Source: Chloroflexota bacterium (GTDB lineage Bacteria > Chloroflexota > UBA11872). Taken from it: a stretch of 64,000 nt of DNA. Position 1 is the first letter of the stretch. Every line of letters starts with the position of its first letter. Shown piece after piece: positions 30,267-39,884 of this stretch. The DNA lies in NCBI GenBank assembly GCA_965263075.1, contig CBDHGI010000006.1:3036281-3100280 (forward strand), given 5' to 3'. The notes below the pieces were generated by a model. The model saw only the letters and a program-made list of their open reading frames with translations, was not told the DNA's origin and did no database searches. The position numbers were made by a program, and so were the translations under genes.

Positions 30267-30952
30267 GCGGCCGCGCATACCTTCCCGTCGCGCTCAACAT
30301 GCAAGGGCAGTCGGCCGTTGTGGTCGGCGCTGGTGAGCCGGCCTATTTCAAAGCCGGCCTGCTGACCGACTTCGGAATCGCCACCACGGTCATCGCCCCG
30401 CCCGACGGCGCCGACCCGTTCGATGAACGGCTTCAGGTCATGCACGACGCCGGCGAAATCCGACTGCAACGGCGCGCCTACGTCCCGTCGGACTTCGACG
30501 GACATCGTCTTGCCATCATCGCGACCGGCGAGAGGTCAGCGGACTACGCCATCGAGGCCGACGCCCGGAACCGTGGGCTGCTGGTGAACGTGGTGGACGA
30601 TCCCGCGCACTGCGACTTCTTCGCGTCGGCCTACGTGCGGCATGGGGCGATATCGATAGCCGTAAACAGCGGCGGCGCCAGCCCCGGCTTCACCGCCGCC
30701 CTGAAGGACGATCTGGGCCAGCGCTACGGACCGGAAATTGAGGAGCACCTGGAGCACTACCTGGCGTGGCGCCGCCTCGTCCGCGAGAGAGTCGACGGAT
30801 TCCCGAATCGCGAGCGTCTTTGGCGCGGACTCCGGGCCGATGGCCTGTACGACCTGCTGCGCACCGAGGGCCCGGACTCCGCGCGAGCGCTTGTGGAAGC
30901 CAGGGTCAACGCCTGGGCCGCCTCGCAGCTTCCCTCAGACGCTCGGAGCTAG
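30263..30952 (+). CDS. precorrin-2 dehydrogenase / sirohydrochlorin ferrochelatase (SirC/CysG N-terminal type)
   Basis: YLPVALNMQGQSAVVVGAGEPAYFKAGLL and ..LVNVVDDPAHCDF... The ATG overlaps the upstream stop (ATGA). Confidence 0.8.
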   Translation: MSGRAYLPVALNMQGQSAVVVGAGEPAYFKAGLLTDFGIATTVIAPPDGADPFDERLQVMHDAGEIRLQRRAYVPSDFDGHRLAIIATGERSADYAIEADARNRGLLVNVVDDPAHCDFFASAYVRHGAISIAVNSGGASPGFTAALKDDLGQRYGPEIEEHLEHYLAWRRLVRERVDGFPNRERLWRGLRADGLYDLLRTEGPDSARALVEARVNAWAASQLPSDARS

Positions 30953-32376
30953 ATCTCCGCCTGGTCGCTCACCATCGCGGGCATCATGACCGACTCCGAG
31001 GTCCCGTGAATGACCTTGTTCGCGGCCGGCACCACCGTGACCAGAACCCCGCTCAGCCGGGCCTTGCCATCCACCACCATGTAGTACGGCGATATGCGCG
31101 CTCGCCCGGTCAGCGGACGGACCGCGTCGGCGTCGACGTCGTAGTAGCTCACTCGAACGCGCCGGCTCTGATGGAACTGCTGCAGGATGTACGGCGTCGA
31201 ATCGAAGCTCGCCAGCGCGTGGTCCACGGCTGCGTCCCACGCTGTCTGATTCACGTCGTGCCCGATGGTCACGCCCCGACTGCCCCAGGCCAGCTCCGAG
31301 AATCCCGACGGTTTCAGCACCAGCCGCCGCTCACGCTGCGACAGCCCGCGCAAGTCCGACCAGTTCCGGATGCGGCGCTTGCCGGCGTTGAGCGGCGGGT
31401 CCAGCGCGGCAGTCGGCGGAATGGGTTGCGGGTCGAGCAGCCAGGTCGGCGGCAGCATGCGGCGGAGTCGTGCCTGGGTGTCCTTGCCGAGCGCGCCGCG
31501 CCAAATGGTATCCAGTTCTGGGTGGTGGAACAGGTGGAAGAGCAACTTTTCTTCCAGGTAGCTCTTGAATGGGGCCGTCACCGTCGCCAGCCGATGCTTC
31601 ATGGCGTAGATGACGAGATCGATCTTCGGGATGTTGGGCAGGTCGTGTAGCTCAAGAAACCGGTAGACCAGGTCGACCGAGTCCCAACCGTCGCAGTTGC
31701 GCATCTGGAGCGTCTCGCCGTGCAACCGCAAATCGCGCGGATGAATCTGTTGTGCGCGCAGGCCGGCCTCGCCGAGAGCCGTCGCGGCCCACGCCATCTC
31801 GGGCCGGTAGTCCTCGGATTCATCTGCCACGACCAGCGCCACTGACGGATCGTCGACGCCGGCCAAGCCTCGCAGCGCATCTGCCAGACCCTGCATGATG
31901 CCGTCCGCTCCGCCAACCAACTCGAACCCCAGGTCCTCGTACGCTCGGCTGATGGCGCCCAGCACCCCAAAGCCGCCCGGTACCGCGTCCAGTTCGGTGG
32001 CCATGAAACCGCCGCCGTCTAAAGCCATGAGGTCTGGGCGGAGCATGATGGGCAGGGCCGAGCGGTAGCGGCGCAGCCGCCCCAGTTCACGCACGCGCTC
32101 CGGTTTTCCCTGTTCCAGGTAGTCGAGCACCCACTTGGGCGCGCGGCCGCGCGCGGCGCTGCTGTAAAGCCTGTTGGCCGCGGTGTAGAAGGCGAGCAGG
32201 TCGTCGCCCAGCCGTTCCAATTCGGCGACGGCGGACGGAGATAGCGGGAAGGGACTGGGGGCGATCCGCCAGGGCGTGCGGGCGGCATCCGCCGGCTCGT
32301 CACCGCCCAAGGGTGCGGCCTTGCCAATTAGCCTGGCGGCTGCTCGCTCGTCCGTTGCCGTCAAGTCCGCCGTCAT
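30949..32376 (-). CDS. hypothetical protein, possibly ATP-grasp / glutathionylspermidine-synthase-like fold
   Basis: 475 codons from ATG 32376 (MTADLTATDE). The longer track ORF adds an Arg/Trp-rich, implausible N-terminus. ..LVLKPSGFSELAWGSRGVTIG..YILQQF.. is reminiscent of ATP-grasp cores. Confidence 0.5.
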   Translation of the reverse strand: MTADLTATDERAAARLIGKAAPLGGDEPADAARTPWRIAPSPFPLSPSAVAELERLGDDLLAFYTAANRLYSSAARGRAPKWVLDYLEQGKPERVRELGRLRRYRSALPIMLRPDLMALDGGGFMATELDAVPGGFGVLGAISRAYEDLGFELVGGADGIMQGLADALRGLAGVDDPSVALVVADESEDYRPEMAWAATALGEAGLRAQQIHPRDLRLHGETLQMRNCDGWDSVDLVYRFLELHDLPNIPKIDLVIYAMKHRLATVTAPFKSYLEEKLLFHLFHHPELDTIWRGALGKDTQARLRRMLPPTWLLDPQPIPPTAALDPPLNAGKRRIRNWSDLRGLSQRERRLVLKPSGFSELAWGSRGVTIGHDVNQTAWDAAVDHALASFDSTPYILQQFHQSRRVRVSYYDVDADAVRPLTGRARISPYYMVVDGKARLSGVLVTVVPAANKVIHGTSESVMMPAMVSDQAEI

Positions 32377-32606
32377 GCTCGGGGGCGTCAAACGGGTTGG
32401 GTACTTCAAGTGCCCGGAACCGCGGGAGTCTAACAGCGCGTCGGTAAGGGACGGATCAGGTCGCGGCCAATTCGGCAACACGTGCCTATCCCTGCGGTTC
32501 GTCACCTTTCTTACCGGAAGAGCCGCAGCGCGTGTGAAACAATAGGAACGTGTCGCGCCGTGCGACCGCGCGCGGGTACGAGCCCCGCCCCACACCCCGG
32601 TAGCCC

Positions 32607-35069
32607 ATGGCCTTTTTGCGACGCACTCCCACACTTAGCAGGACAGGCTCGCGACTCGCGGGTCTGGTTGCCCTGTCGCTGGCTGGAACTGTGCTGGTTG
32701 CCTGCGAGGCGTTCATCCAGACGGTGGAGCCAACGCCCACGCTCATCACGCGCACCGAGTCGGTGCGCCAGCGACCGATGGTTCCGGTGTCGCGCGGGCA
32801 ACTGATTGAGGCCATTCGCACCACGGCGCGCGTGGAGGCGCTCAACCGCACGGAACTGGCGTTCAAGACTAACGGTCGAGTGAAAGCCATGTACATCACC
32901 CAGGGTGACGAGGTCAAGGAAGGTGACATCCTGGCCGAACTGGAGACCGGCCGTCTGGAATCGGACATTGAAAGTTCACAAGAGGCGCTACAGAACACGG
33001 AGTTGCGGCTGGATGCGGCCCGCACCCGTGCCAGGGACGAGCGGGCGGCGGCGCAGCGCGCGGTCGCCAACGCCGAGTTGGCGCTGGAGGATCAACGTAC
33101 GGCCTTTATCAAACTCCTGCGTCGCGCTACGGCCGAGCAACTGGAGCAGTTGAAACTAGAATTGGCCTCTCGCGACGATCGCGGCGGCGCCGACCTCAGC
33201 ATCGTCGAGGCCGAGGCGTCCCTCGTCCGCGCTCAGCGCGCGGTGACAAATGCCGAAGGCCGGCTGGCTGAAGTCAGGGCCGAGGCCGCCGGAGTCATTT
33301 CGCAGGCGCAGGCGGAGGCGCAAGCCCGTGCCTCCCTGGACGGACTCCGGGCCGACCTGACCGTGGCGATCGAGAACCTGCGCGCGCTTGAATCCGGAAC
33401 GTCGACCACCGTAGCCGCGCCGATCGACGCGGCTCGCGCCCAGGTCGATGCCGCCCTGGCCGCCATTGCCACTGCCCGAGCCGCGTTGGTCAGGGCTGAG
33501 CAGGACGTGGTCAACGCCCAGGATGTCCTGGACAGCGTGGACACAAATGTGCGCATGCCGGTGCTGGATGACATTCACCGGGTGAAGTCCGCCATCGTCG
33601 CCAAGCAGGCCGAGGTGGAAGTGCTTGCCGAGAAACTTCACGAAGTCACCTACCAGCCCTTTCCCCATGTCGTGCTGCAAGCCGAAGAGAACCTGGAAAG
33701 AGCCCGGCTGACGCGCGACGAGATCATCAAGACCAGTTCACGTGCTTCCGATCAGGCAAAACAACGGGCTGCACTCGACTACCAGGCCGCGCAGCGTGCT
33801 TTCGATGAGGCCATCAAGCCGGCTACCCCGGGGGAAGTCGCAACCGCTCGGGCTAACTACGAAATCGCCCTTGCGGCGTTGGCTCTGCTCGAGACCGACC
33901 TCGTCGAATTGCTGGACGGAGGCACCGAAGCGGAAGCCGGCGAGCGCTTGGTGCAACAGGCCCGGTCCGAGTACGAAGTCCAGGTGGCTACAGCATCCGC
34001 CAATCGCGACTTGGCCCAGCACAAGCTGCGAGATGCCCAGAGCAGGCTTCGGTCACTCGTTGGTGGCGGGACCATCCAGCAGGCGGTGGAACGCGTGGCC
34101 GAGGCCATTCGGATCGACCAAAGCAGTTCACTTGCGGCGGCGCAGGCGCGCGTACAAGCGGCGACTGCCAGGGTTGACCAGTATCTGCGCGGACAAAGCG
34201 AGACGGCAGCCGTGGCGCGCCACACTGAAGAACTCCTGACCGTTAGTCTCAACGCGGAGCCCGACGCTGAGGCGGCGCTGGAGGCAGCACTCGCCGATCA
34301 GCGCGTGGCGGAGGTGCGCTACGAGGAGACGACCGGAACACCCTCGCTGGCCTATCTGCGGGTGGGGTTGAACAACGAGCAGGCGGCGCTGCTCGACTTC
34401 GAGGCCGCTATTGAAAACTTCGAGCGATTCGAGCGCGGCGAATCGGCGACTGACTTCGAGTTGCAGATTCTCGAGAACGATGTCGAACGCAGCCGCATCG
34501 CGCTGGAAGCGCTCCTCACTCAGTCTGAGGACAACGTGATCCGGGCGCCGTTCGACGGGCAGATTACGTTTACGCGCGGCCGCGCCGGTTCCGAGGCACG
34601 GGCGTTCAACGAAGTGATCGGGATCGCTGATCCCTCAGAACTCATCATTGAGGTCCGCATTGCCGAGCAAGACCAATCCAAGATGTCGGTTGGGCAGCCG
34701 GCCGAGGTTGCGCTGGACGCGTTCCCCGGCGTGAAATTCGACGGCTCGGTCAGCGCCATTCCGCGCACAATCGTCACCCAAACGGGTCAGACCGTGCGCA
34801 TTCCCGACGCGTTGATCAACGTGGATTTCGAACGCGACGGCGTGCAGATGGGCATGCTCGCACGGGTCAACATCACCCTGCAGGTCAAGGACGACGTGCT
34901 GAAGATCCCGGTCACCTCGTTGCGCGACTTGAACGAACGCACGTTCGTCGAGACGGTCGTCAACGAGCAGCGACGTAGCCTGCCCGTCGTCACTGGTATC
35001 CGCAGCGACAGCGAGGTCGAAGTCCTCTCCGGGCTCGAAGAGGACCAGATGATCTTCGCCTCGCCCTAG
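32607..35069 (+). CDS. HlyD/MacA-type periplasmic adaptor lipoprotein with very long coiled-coil insert
   Basis: Signal peptide plus lipobox LVAC. The lipoyl half GRVKAMYITQGDEVKEGDILAELE is near aa 90-115 and its partner VIRAPFDGQITF is near aa 644. About 520 Ala/Glu/Arg/Leu/Gln-rich helical residues lie between them. Confidence 0.8.
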   Translation: MAFLRRTPTLSRTGSRLAGLVALSLAGTVLVACEAFIQTVEPTPTLITRTESVRQRPMVPVSRGQLIEAIRTTARVEALNRTELAFKTNGRVKAMYITQGDEVKEGDILAELETGRLESDIESSQEALQNTELRLDAARTRARDERAAAQRAVANAELALEDQRTAFIKLLRRATAEQLEQLKLELASRDDRGGADLSIVEAEASLVRAQRAVTNAEGRLAEVRAEAAGVISQAQAEAQARASLDGLRADLTVAIENLRALESGTSTTVAAPIDAARAQVDAALAAIATARAALVRAEQDVVNAQDVLDSVDTNVRMPVLDDIHRVKSAIVAKQAEVEVLAEKLHEVTYQPFPHVVLQAEENLERARLTRDEIIKTSSRASDQAKQRAALDYQAAQRAFDEAIKPATPGEVATARANYEIALAALALLETDLVELLDGGTEAEAGERLVQQARSEYEVQVATASANRDLAQHKLRDAQSRLRSLVGGGTIQQAVERVAEAIRIDQSSSLAAAQARVQAATARVDQYLRGQSETAAVARHTEELLTVSLNAEPDAEAALEAALADQRVAEVRYEETTGTPSLAYLRVGLNNEQAALLDFEAAIENFERFERGESATDFELQILENDVERSRIALEALLTQSEDNVIRAPFDGQITFTRGRAGSEARAFNEVIGIADPSELIIEVRIAEQDQSKMSVGQPAEVALDAFPGVKFDGSVSAIPRTIVTQTGQTVRIPDALINVDFERDGVQMGMLARVNITLQVKDDVLKIPVTSLRDLNERTFVETVVNEQRRSLPVVTGIRSDSEVEVLSGLEEDQMIFASP

Positions 35070-35111
35070 GTAGGCGCTTCGGGGCATGCCGCGCATTCCC
35101 GTGAGGTCTCG

Positions 35112-37952
35112 GTGCCGCTAGCCATCGTCCGCTTCGTCGCGAAGCGTCTGTTCAGCAACCGGGCGCTAATCAGCTCGACGGCTATCGGGCTGCTGGTCAC
35201 CGTCACGCTGGCCACGTCAGTCCCGCTGTATGCCGAGGGCATCAGCGGCCTGCTGCTCCAGCGCGAGCTGCGCAAGCCGATCCCACAGGCGCAGCCGTCA
35301 TCCAGCATCTTCATCCGGCACAAGGAGACGAATCCCGCTACGCCGACCAATACCGGGGACTACCTGGCCTACGACCAGTTCTTTCGCTCGCTGATTCCAG
35401 AAGCTGTGGGCCTGCCCACGACTCAACTGATCAGCTATCTCTCGACCGGACGGCGGGGGATGCTGGATCTCTCGCCGCCCGAGGGCGCCGATCTCTCGGC
35501 ACCGCCGCGGCGATTCGGCTTCGCGTTCTTGTACTCGATCAACGACTTCTTCGACAACGTAATTGTCTCCGAAGGCCGGCGGCCGACCGCCGAGACCAGC
35601 ACCTTCATCGGGCCGGCTGGGGCCAGGATGCCGCTATTGGAAGGCGCCCTGACTAGCAACGCGCTGGACAAGTTAGGACTGCTGGTTGGGGACGTCGTCG
35701 GCATGCAGTTCGCTGACCCGGCCACCGGAGACCCCGTCGTCATTGCCGTGCGTGTGGTAGCCCGCGTGATCCCCCGCGACGTCGAGAGTAACTATTGGCC
35801 CTATCCAGTCCGCGCGGCATTTGACGAAGGTGGGGTCTACATCGAGCGCGCGGCATACCTTGGCACCCTGCTCGACAACGCGCCGGCGGCCTTCAGCGAG
35901 GCGACGTGGTACGCCGACTTCGACATCGACGCCATTCGTGCCACCAACATTCGCCGTATCACCGGTGGCCTGGTGGTCATTCGAATCAATGCGAACGCCG
36001 TCTGGGAGGGCACTCGCCTCGAGAACTCGCCAGAGCCGATCTTCTTCGATTTCGAGCAGAAGCTCTTCTTTCTGACGCTGCTCCTGCTGATTCTCAGCGC
36101 GCCGATCGTCGCCCTAACGCTCTACTACATCATTTTGACCTCGGGGATGGTGGTTGATCGGCAACGCAACGAGATCGCCATTCTCAAGAGCCGAGGCGTT
36201 GGCACGCTCCAGATCGTTGGCATCTATGTGCTTGAGGGCGCGCTCATCGGCGGGATCGCCACCGGTGCCGGGCCGTTCCTGGGGTCACTAATGGCCCAGG
36301 TCATCGGCAAGACGTTCACCTTCCTGGTGTTCACCAACCGCGACCCGCTGCCCATCGACATCACCACCCGACACTTTGTATGGGCCGGTGCGGCGGCCGG
36401 GCTGGCCATCGTGGCCACGCTGCTGCCGGCCATAGGAGCCGCCCGCCACAGCATCGTCACGTACAAGCAGGAAGTCTCGCGCAGCACAGACAGGCCCTGG
36501 TTTCAGCGCTTCTTCGTGGACGTGATCGTCGTCGTGGGCGCGGCGTATGGCTACTTCACGCTGCGTCAGCGGGATCAGCTCGTCACGGTTGGCGAAGGCG
36601 GTGACCTGTTTTCCGACCCGCTGCTGGTCATCATCCCGATCATGTTCATGTTCGCGATCACCCTGCTCTTCCTGCGCTTTTTCCCGTGGCTGGTCGCGAG
36701 TCTGGCATTTTTAGGAAATAGATTTCTCGGCGTGTCGATGCACCTGGGGCTGCGCCAGATTGCCCGCGAGCCGCGGCAGTTCACGCGGCTGATCTTTCTG
36801 CTCGTCCTTACGCTGGCCATCGGGTCGTTCAGCGCTTCAATGGCTGCCACGCTCGACCGCAACTTCGACGACCGCGTTTACTACTCGGTCGGCTCACAGG
36901 CGGACTTTCTGGAAATCGGCGACTACGACGAAGAGACGCAGGAGTGGTCGTTCCTCCCTGTGGAGCGCCACCTGGAGGTCCCCCAAATCCTGCGCGTCGC
37001 CCGCCTTTGGGAGAATGAGGACACCGGCTTCAGGCGTCCCGGCGAGTCGCTGCGGGTGCCAATCAAGACCTACGGCGTCGACCCGCTGGACTTTGCCCAA
37101 ACCGTGTGGTGGCGGGACGACTTCAGCCCTTGGCCGCTCAACAGCCTTATGAACCAGCTCGCACTTGATGAACAGGCGTTGATCGCCTCACGCGAGAAGT
37201 TCCAGGGCGAGCTTGGACTGGGCCTTGGCGACCCGCTTCGCATTGATTTCGGCAGTCCCCAAACCCTCGAGTTCTTCATCGCCGGCTGGACCGACATGTT
37301 TCCCACCCACTATCCAGAAGACGGGCCGTTCGTCGTTGTAAATCTGGACTACGTGGAGCGCAGCCTGGGGCAGACGCCGTGGACCGTGTTGGCGCATATC
37401 GATCCGGATGTCCACGCCCTAGAACTGCGCGAAACGCTGCTGTTCAAGCGCTTCAAGCCGCTCGACGCGCGAGACGCCCGGGCCGAGATTGCCGCCGCGC
37501 GCGACGACGCCACACGGGTCGGTATCTTTGGCATTTTGTCCATTGGGTTCCTGATCGCTGCTGTGCTCACCATCATGGGTTTCCTGATGTACTCGTACAT
37601 GTCGTTCCGACGGCGAATGCAGCAGTTGGGCATCCTGCGGGCTATGGGATTGTCGGTGCGCCAGCTCGTGGGCATCTATGCGTTCGAGAACGGGTTCCTG
37701 ATCCTGCTGGGCGTTGTGCTGGGCACGGTGCTGGGCGTGCTGACCGGCAACCTGTTCATCCCCTTCCTGCAGCTCAGCGTGGACCGGTTTGGTGATACGC
37801 CGCCGTTCGTGATCATTACGGCCTGGGGCGACGTACTGAAGATCTACATTCTCTTCGGCGCCGTGGTCGCGGTGGCGTTTCCCGTCAGCGCCTGGCTGCT
37901 GTCCAAGATCCGAATCAACGAGGCCGTGAAGTTCGGCGAGGAGCAGGGATGA
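35112..37952 (+). CDS. ABC transporter permease with two FtsX-like modules
   Basis: 946 aa. Two copies of the FtsX pattern are present (EIAILKSRGVGTLQIVGIYVLEGALIG and LGILRAMGLSVRQLVGIYAFENGFLI), with large extracytoplasmic domains. Confidence 0.85.
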   Translation: MPLAIVRFVAKRLFSNRALISSTAIGLLVTVTLATSVPLYAEGISGLLLQRELRKPIPQAQPSSSIFIRHKETNPATPTNTGDYLAYDQFFRSLIPEAVGLPTTQLISYLSTGRRGMLDLSPPEGADLSAPPRRFGFAFLYSINDFFDNVIVSEGRRPTAETSTFIGPAGARMPLLEGALTSNALDKLGLLVGDVVGMQFADPATGDPVVIAVRVVARVIPRDVESNYWPYPVRAAFDEGGVYIERAAYLGTLLDNAPAAFSEATWYADFDIDAIRATNIRRITGGLVVIRINANAVWEGTRLENSPEPIFFDFEQKLFFLTLLLLILSAPIVALTLYYIILTSGMVVDRQRNEIAILKSRGVGTLQIVGIYVLEGALIGGIATGAGPFLGSLMAQVIGKTFTFLVFTNRDPLPIDITTRHFVWAGAAAGLAIVATLLPAIGAARHSIVTYKQEVSRSTDRPWFQRFFVDVIVVVGAAYGYFTLRQRDQLVTVGEGGDLFSDPLLVIIPIMFMFAITLLFLRFFPWLVASLAFLGNRFLGVSMHLGLRQIAREPRQFTRLIFLLVLTLAIGSFSASMAATLDRNFDDRVYYSVGSQADFLEIGDYDEETQEWSFLPVERHLEVPQILRVARLWENEDTGFRRPGESLRVPIKTYGVDPLDFAQTVWWRDDFSPWPLNSLMNQLALDEQALIASREKFQGELGLGLGDPLRIDFGSPQTLEFFIAGWTDMFPTHYPEDGPFVVVNLDYVERSLGQTPWTVLAHIDPDVHALELRETLLFKRFKPLDARDARAEIAAARDDATRVGIFGILSIGFLIAAVLTIMGFLMYSYMSFRRRMQQLGILRAMGLSVRQLVGIYAFENGFLILLGVVLGTVLGVLTGNLFIPFLQLSVDRFGDTPPFVIITAWGDVLKIYILFGAVVAVAFPVSAWLLSKIRINEAVKFGEEQG

Positions 37953-39100
37953 GCGCGGCGCAGGCTCCTGACGGTACCAACGGGGCACGCCCCTACATCG
38001 TGTGCGACAACCTCGTGAAGATCTACAAGACCGAGGAACTGGAAGTCGTCGCGTTGCAGGGACTGGACCTGGAAGTCCAACGCAGCGAGATGATGGCCAT
38101 CATCGGCAACAGCGGCTCCGGCAAATCCAGCTTGCTAAACGTGCTGGGTGGACTGGACCGGCCCACCGCGGGGCAATGCCGGGTGGGAGACTTGGACCTC
38201 TTGCAAGCCTCCGAGTCCGACTTGGTCGACTACAAGCGCCATCACGTCGGCTTCGTCTGGCAACAGAGCTCCCGCAACCTCGTGTCCTACCTCACGGCCT
38301 TCGAGAACGTGCGCCTCCCTATGCTCTTCGGGAACATGCGCAAGGCCTCGGACCGCGCGCGCGCGCTGCTGCGGGCGGTCGGGCTTGAAGACCGCATACA
38401 CCACCGGCTCAGTCAACTCTCGGGCGGTCAGCAGCAGCGCGTGGCCATCGCGATATCGCTGGCCAACGATCCCGACCTCCTGCTGGCCGATGAGCCGACG
38501 GGCGAGGTTGATACGCAGACCGCCGGACAGATTTACGACATCCTGCGCTATCTCAACCGTGAACGCGGGTTGACGATCATCATCGTCAGCCACGACCGCA
38601 ACATCGCCCGCCAGGTCGATCGTGTGGTGGCCATTCGCGACGGACGCACCAGCACCGAGACCGTCCGCCGCGTGAGTATTCACGAAGACGGCGACGATCA
38701 CACGCACGATGAGTTTGTAATCGTGGACGACACGGGCCGTTTGCAGGTACCGCAGGAAATGCTGGACGAACTCAGCATCCGCGGGCGCGCGCTGGTGGAC
38801 ATGGAAGGCGATCGCATCGTGATTCGCTCCGGAACCTCCGGCATCGCGACCGTCTCGGCGTCGCGGGCGGCGTCTGAACAGGACGCGGATGCCCCAACCC
38901 GGCCCGGAGCACCGCCGCCCGACCAGCCGATCATTCCCGCACGGGTGGAACTGGCCGCTCCGGTCGTCCCGGCCCGCCACCGCCCGACTCGCGCCGCACC
39001 GAAGCCTGCGAGCCCGGATCGCGCGTCCCCAGCGCGCGACGTCCCGGACGAGCATCGGCCCTTCGCGCCGCCCGGCGGCGGAGAGACGCGGGATGGCTGA
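37949..39100 (+). CDS. ABC transporter ATP-binding protein (MacB/LolD-type NBD) with C-terminal extension
   Basis: [47 protein letters not shown]. Roughly 140 extra residues end in a Pro/Ala/Arg-rich tail. The ATG overlaps the permease stop (ATGA). Confidence 0.9.
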   Translation: MSAAQAPDGTNGARPYIVCDNLVKIYKTEELEVVALQGLDLEVQRSEMMAIIGNSGSGKSSLLNVLGGLDRPTAGQCRVGDLDLLQASESDLVDYKRHHVGFVWQQSSRNLVSYLTAFENVRLPMLFGNMRKASDRARALLRAVGLEDRIHHRLSQLSGGQQQRVAIAISLANDPDLLLADEPTGEVDTQTAGQIYDILRYLNRERGLTIIIVSHDRNIARQVDRVVAIRDGRTSTETVRRVSIHEDGDDHTHDEFVIVDDTGRLQVPQEMLDELSIRGRALVDMEGDRIVIRSGTSGIATVSASRAASEQDADAPTRPGAPPPDQPIIPARVELAAPVVPARHRPTRAAPKPASPDRASPARDVPDEHRPFAPPGGGETRDG

Positions 39101-39872
39101 CGTCATCGGCGCGCCGCGGCCCGCCGCCGAGGAGCCCGCGGTCATCGTTGAAGCGCGCGATATCTCCCGCGTCTTTCGAGTCGGGACGGAGGAGATCCGC
39201 GCCGTCGACCAGGTGTCCTGCGTCGCGCACGAAGGCCGTCTGATCACGGTCCGCGGCCGCTCCGGCTCGGGCAAGACCACCCTGCTGAACCAGCTGGGCT
39301 CGCTCGATAAGCCTGACGAGGGCGAGGTCTATTTCAAAGGCCGCCAAGTCAGCCGCCTGCGTGAGTCGGAGCTTACGCAGATCCGCCGTCACAACTTCGG
39401 ATTCGTCTTCCAGTCCTTCGCGCTGCTGCCCGTGCTCTCGGCGTTCGAGAACGTCGAACTCACCATGCGAATTGCGGGCCGTTCGGCCAGGGAACGCGCG
39501 TCCCGCGCGATGGAAGTTCTGGAGATGGTCGGCCTGACCGAGCGCGCCGGACATCGCCCGTTCGAGTTGAGCGGCGGTGAGCAGCAACGCGTCTCGATCG
39601 CCCGGTCCATTGCCAACCGACCGGCTGTGCTGATTGCGGACGAGCCAACCGGCGAGCTCGACAGCATTACGGGTCTGGAAATCATGCTGCTCTTTCGACG
39701 GATCGTGGATACCGAGGGTCTCACGGTCATCATGGCCACCCACGACCCGGCGCTCAGCCAGTTCGCGGATGAGTCGTGGCTGATGGAGGACGGGCGTCTG
39801 GAACTGGCGGAAGGCGAACTCGACATCGACATTCCCGATCTGCGCCAGCGAATCGAGTTCGTGGAGGACTAG
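39093..39872 (+). CDS. ABC transporter ATP-binding protein (second NBD gene)
   Basis: ATG 39093 (MADVIGAP) overlaps the previous stop by 8 nt. Motifs are GRSGSGKTTLLNQLGSLDKPDEG, LSGGEQQRVSIA and LIADEPTGELD. Confidence 0.9.
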   Translation: MADVIGAPRPAAEEPAVIVEARDISRVFRVGTEEIRAVDQVSCVAHEGRLITVRGRSGSGKTTLLNQLGSLDKPDEGEVYFKGRQVSRLRESELTQIRRHNFGFVFQSFALLPVLSAFENVELTMRIAGRSARERASRAMEVLEMVGLTERAGHRPFELSGGEQQRVSIARSIANRPAVLIADEPTGELDSITGLEIMLLFRRIVDTEGLTVIMATHDPALSQFADESWLMEDGRLELAEGELDIDIPDLRQRIEFVED

Positions 39873-39884
39873 GCGCGGGTCGCG

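Noticed and set aside
38889-39092. Upstream extension of the second ATPase ORF
   Set aside because: It overlaps the Pro-rich tail of NBD1 in another frame. ATG 39093, just before the NBD1 stop, gives a normal-length NBD.
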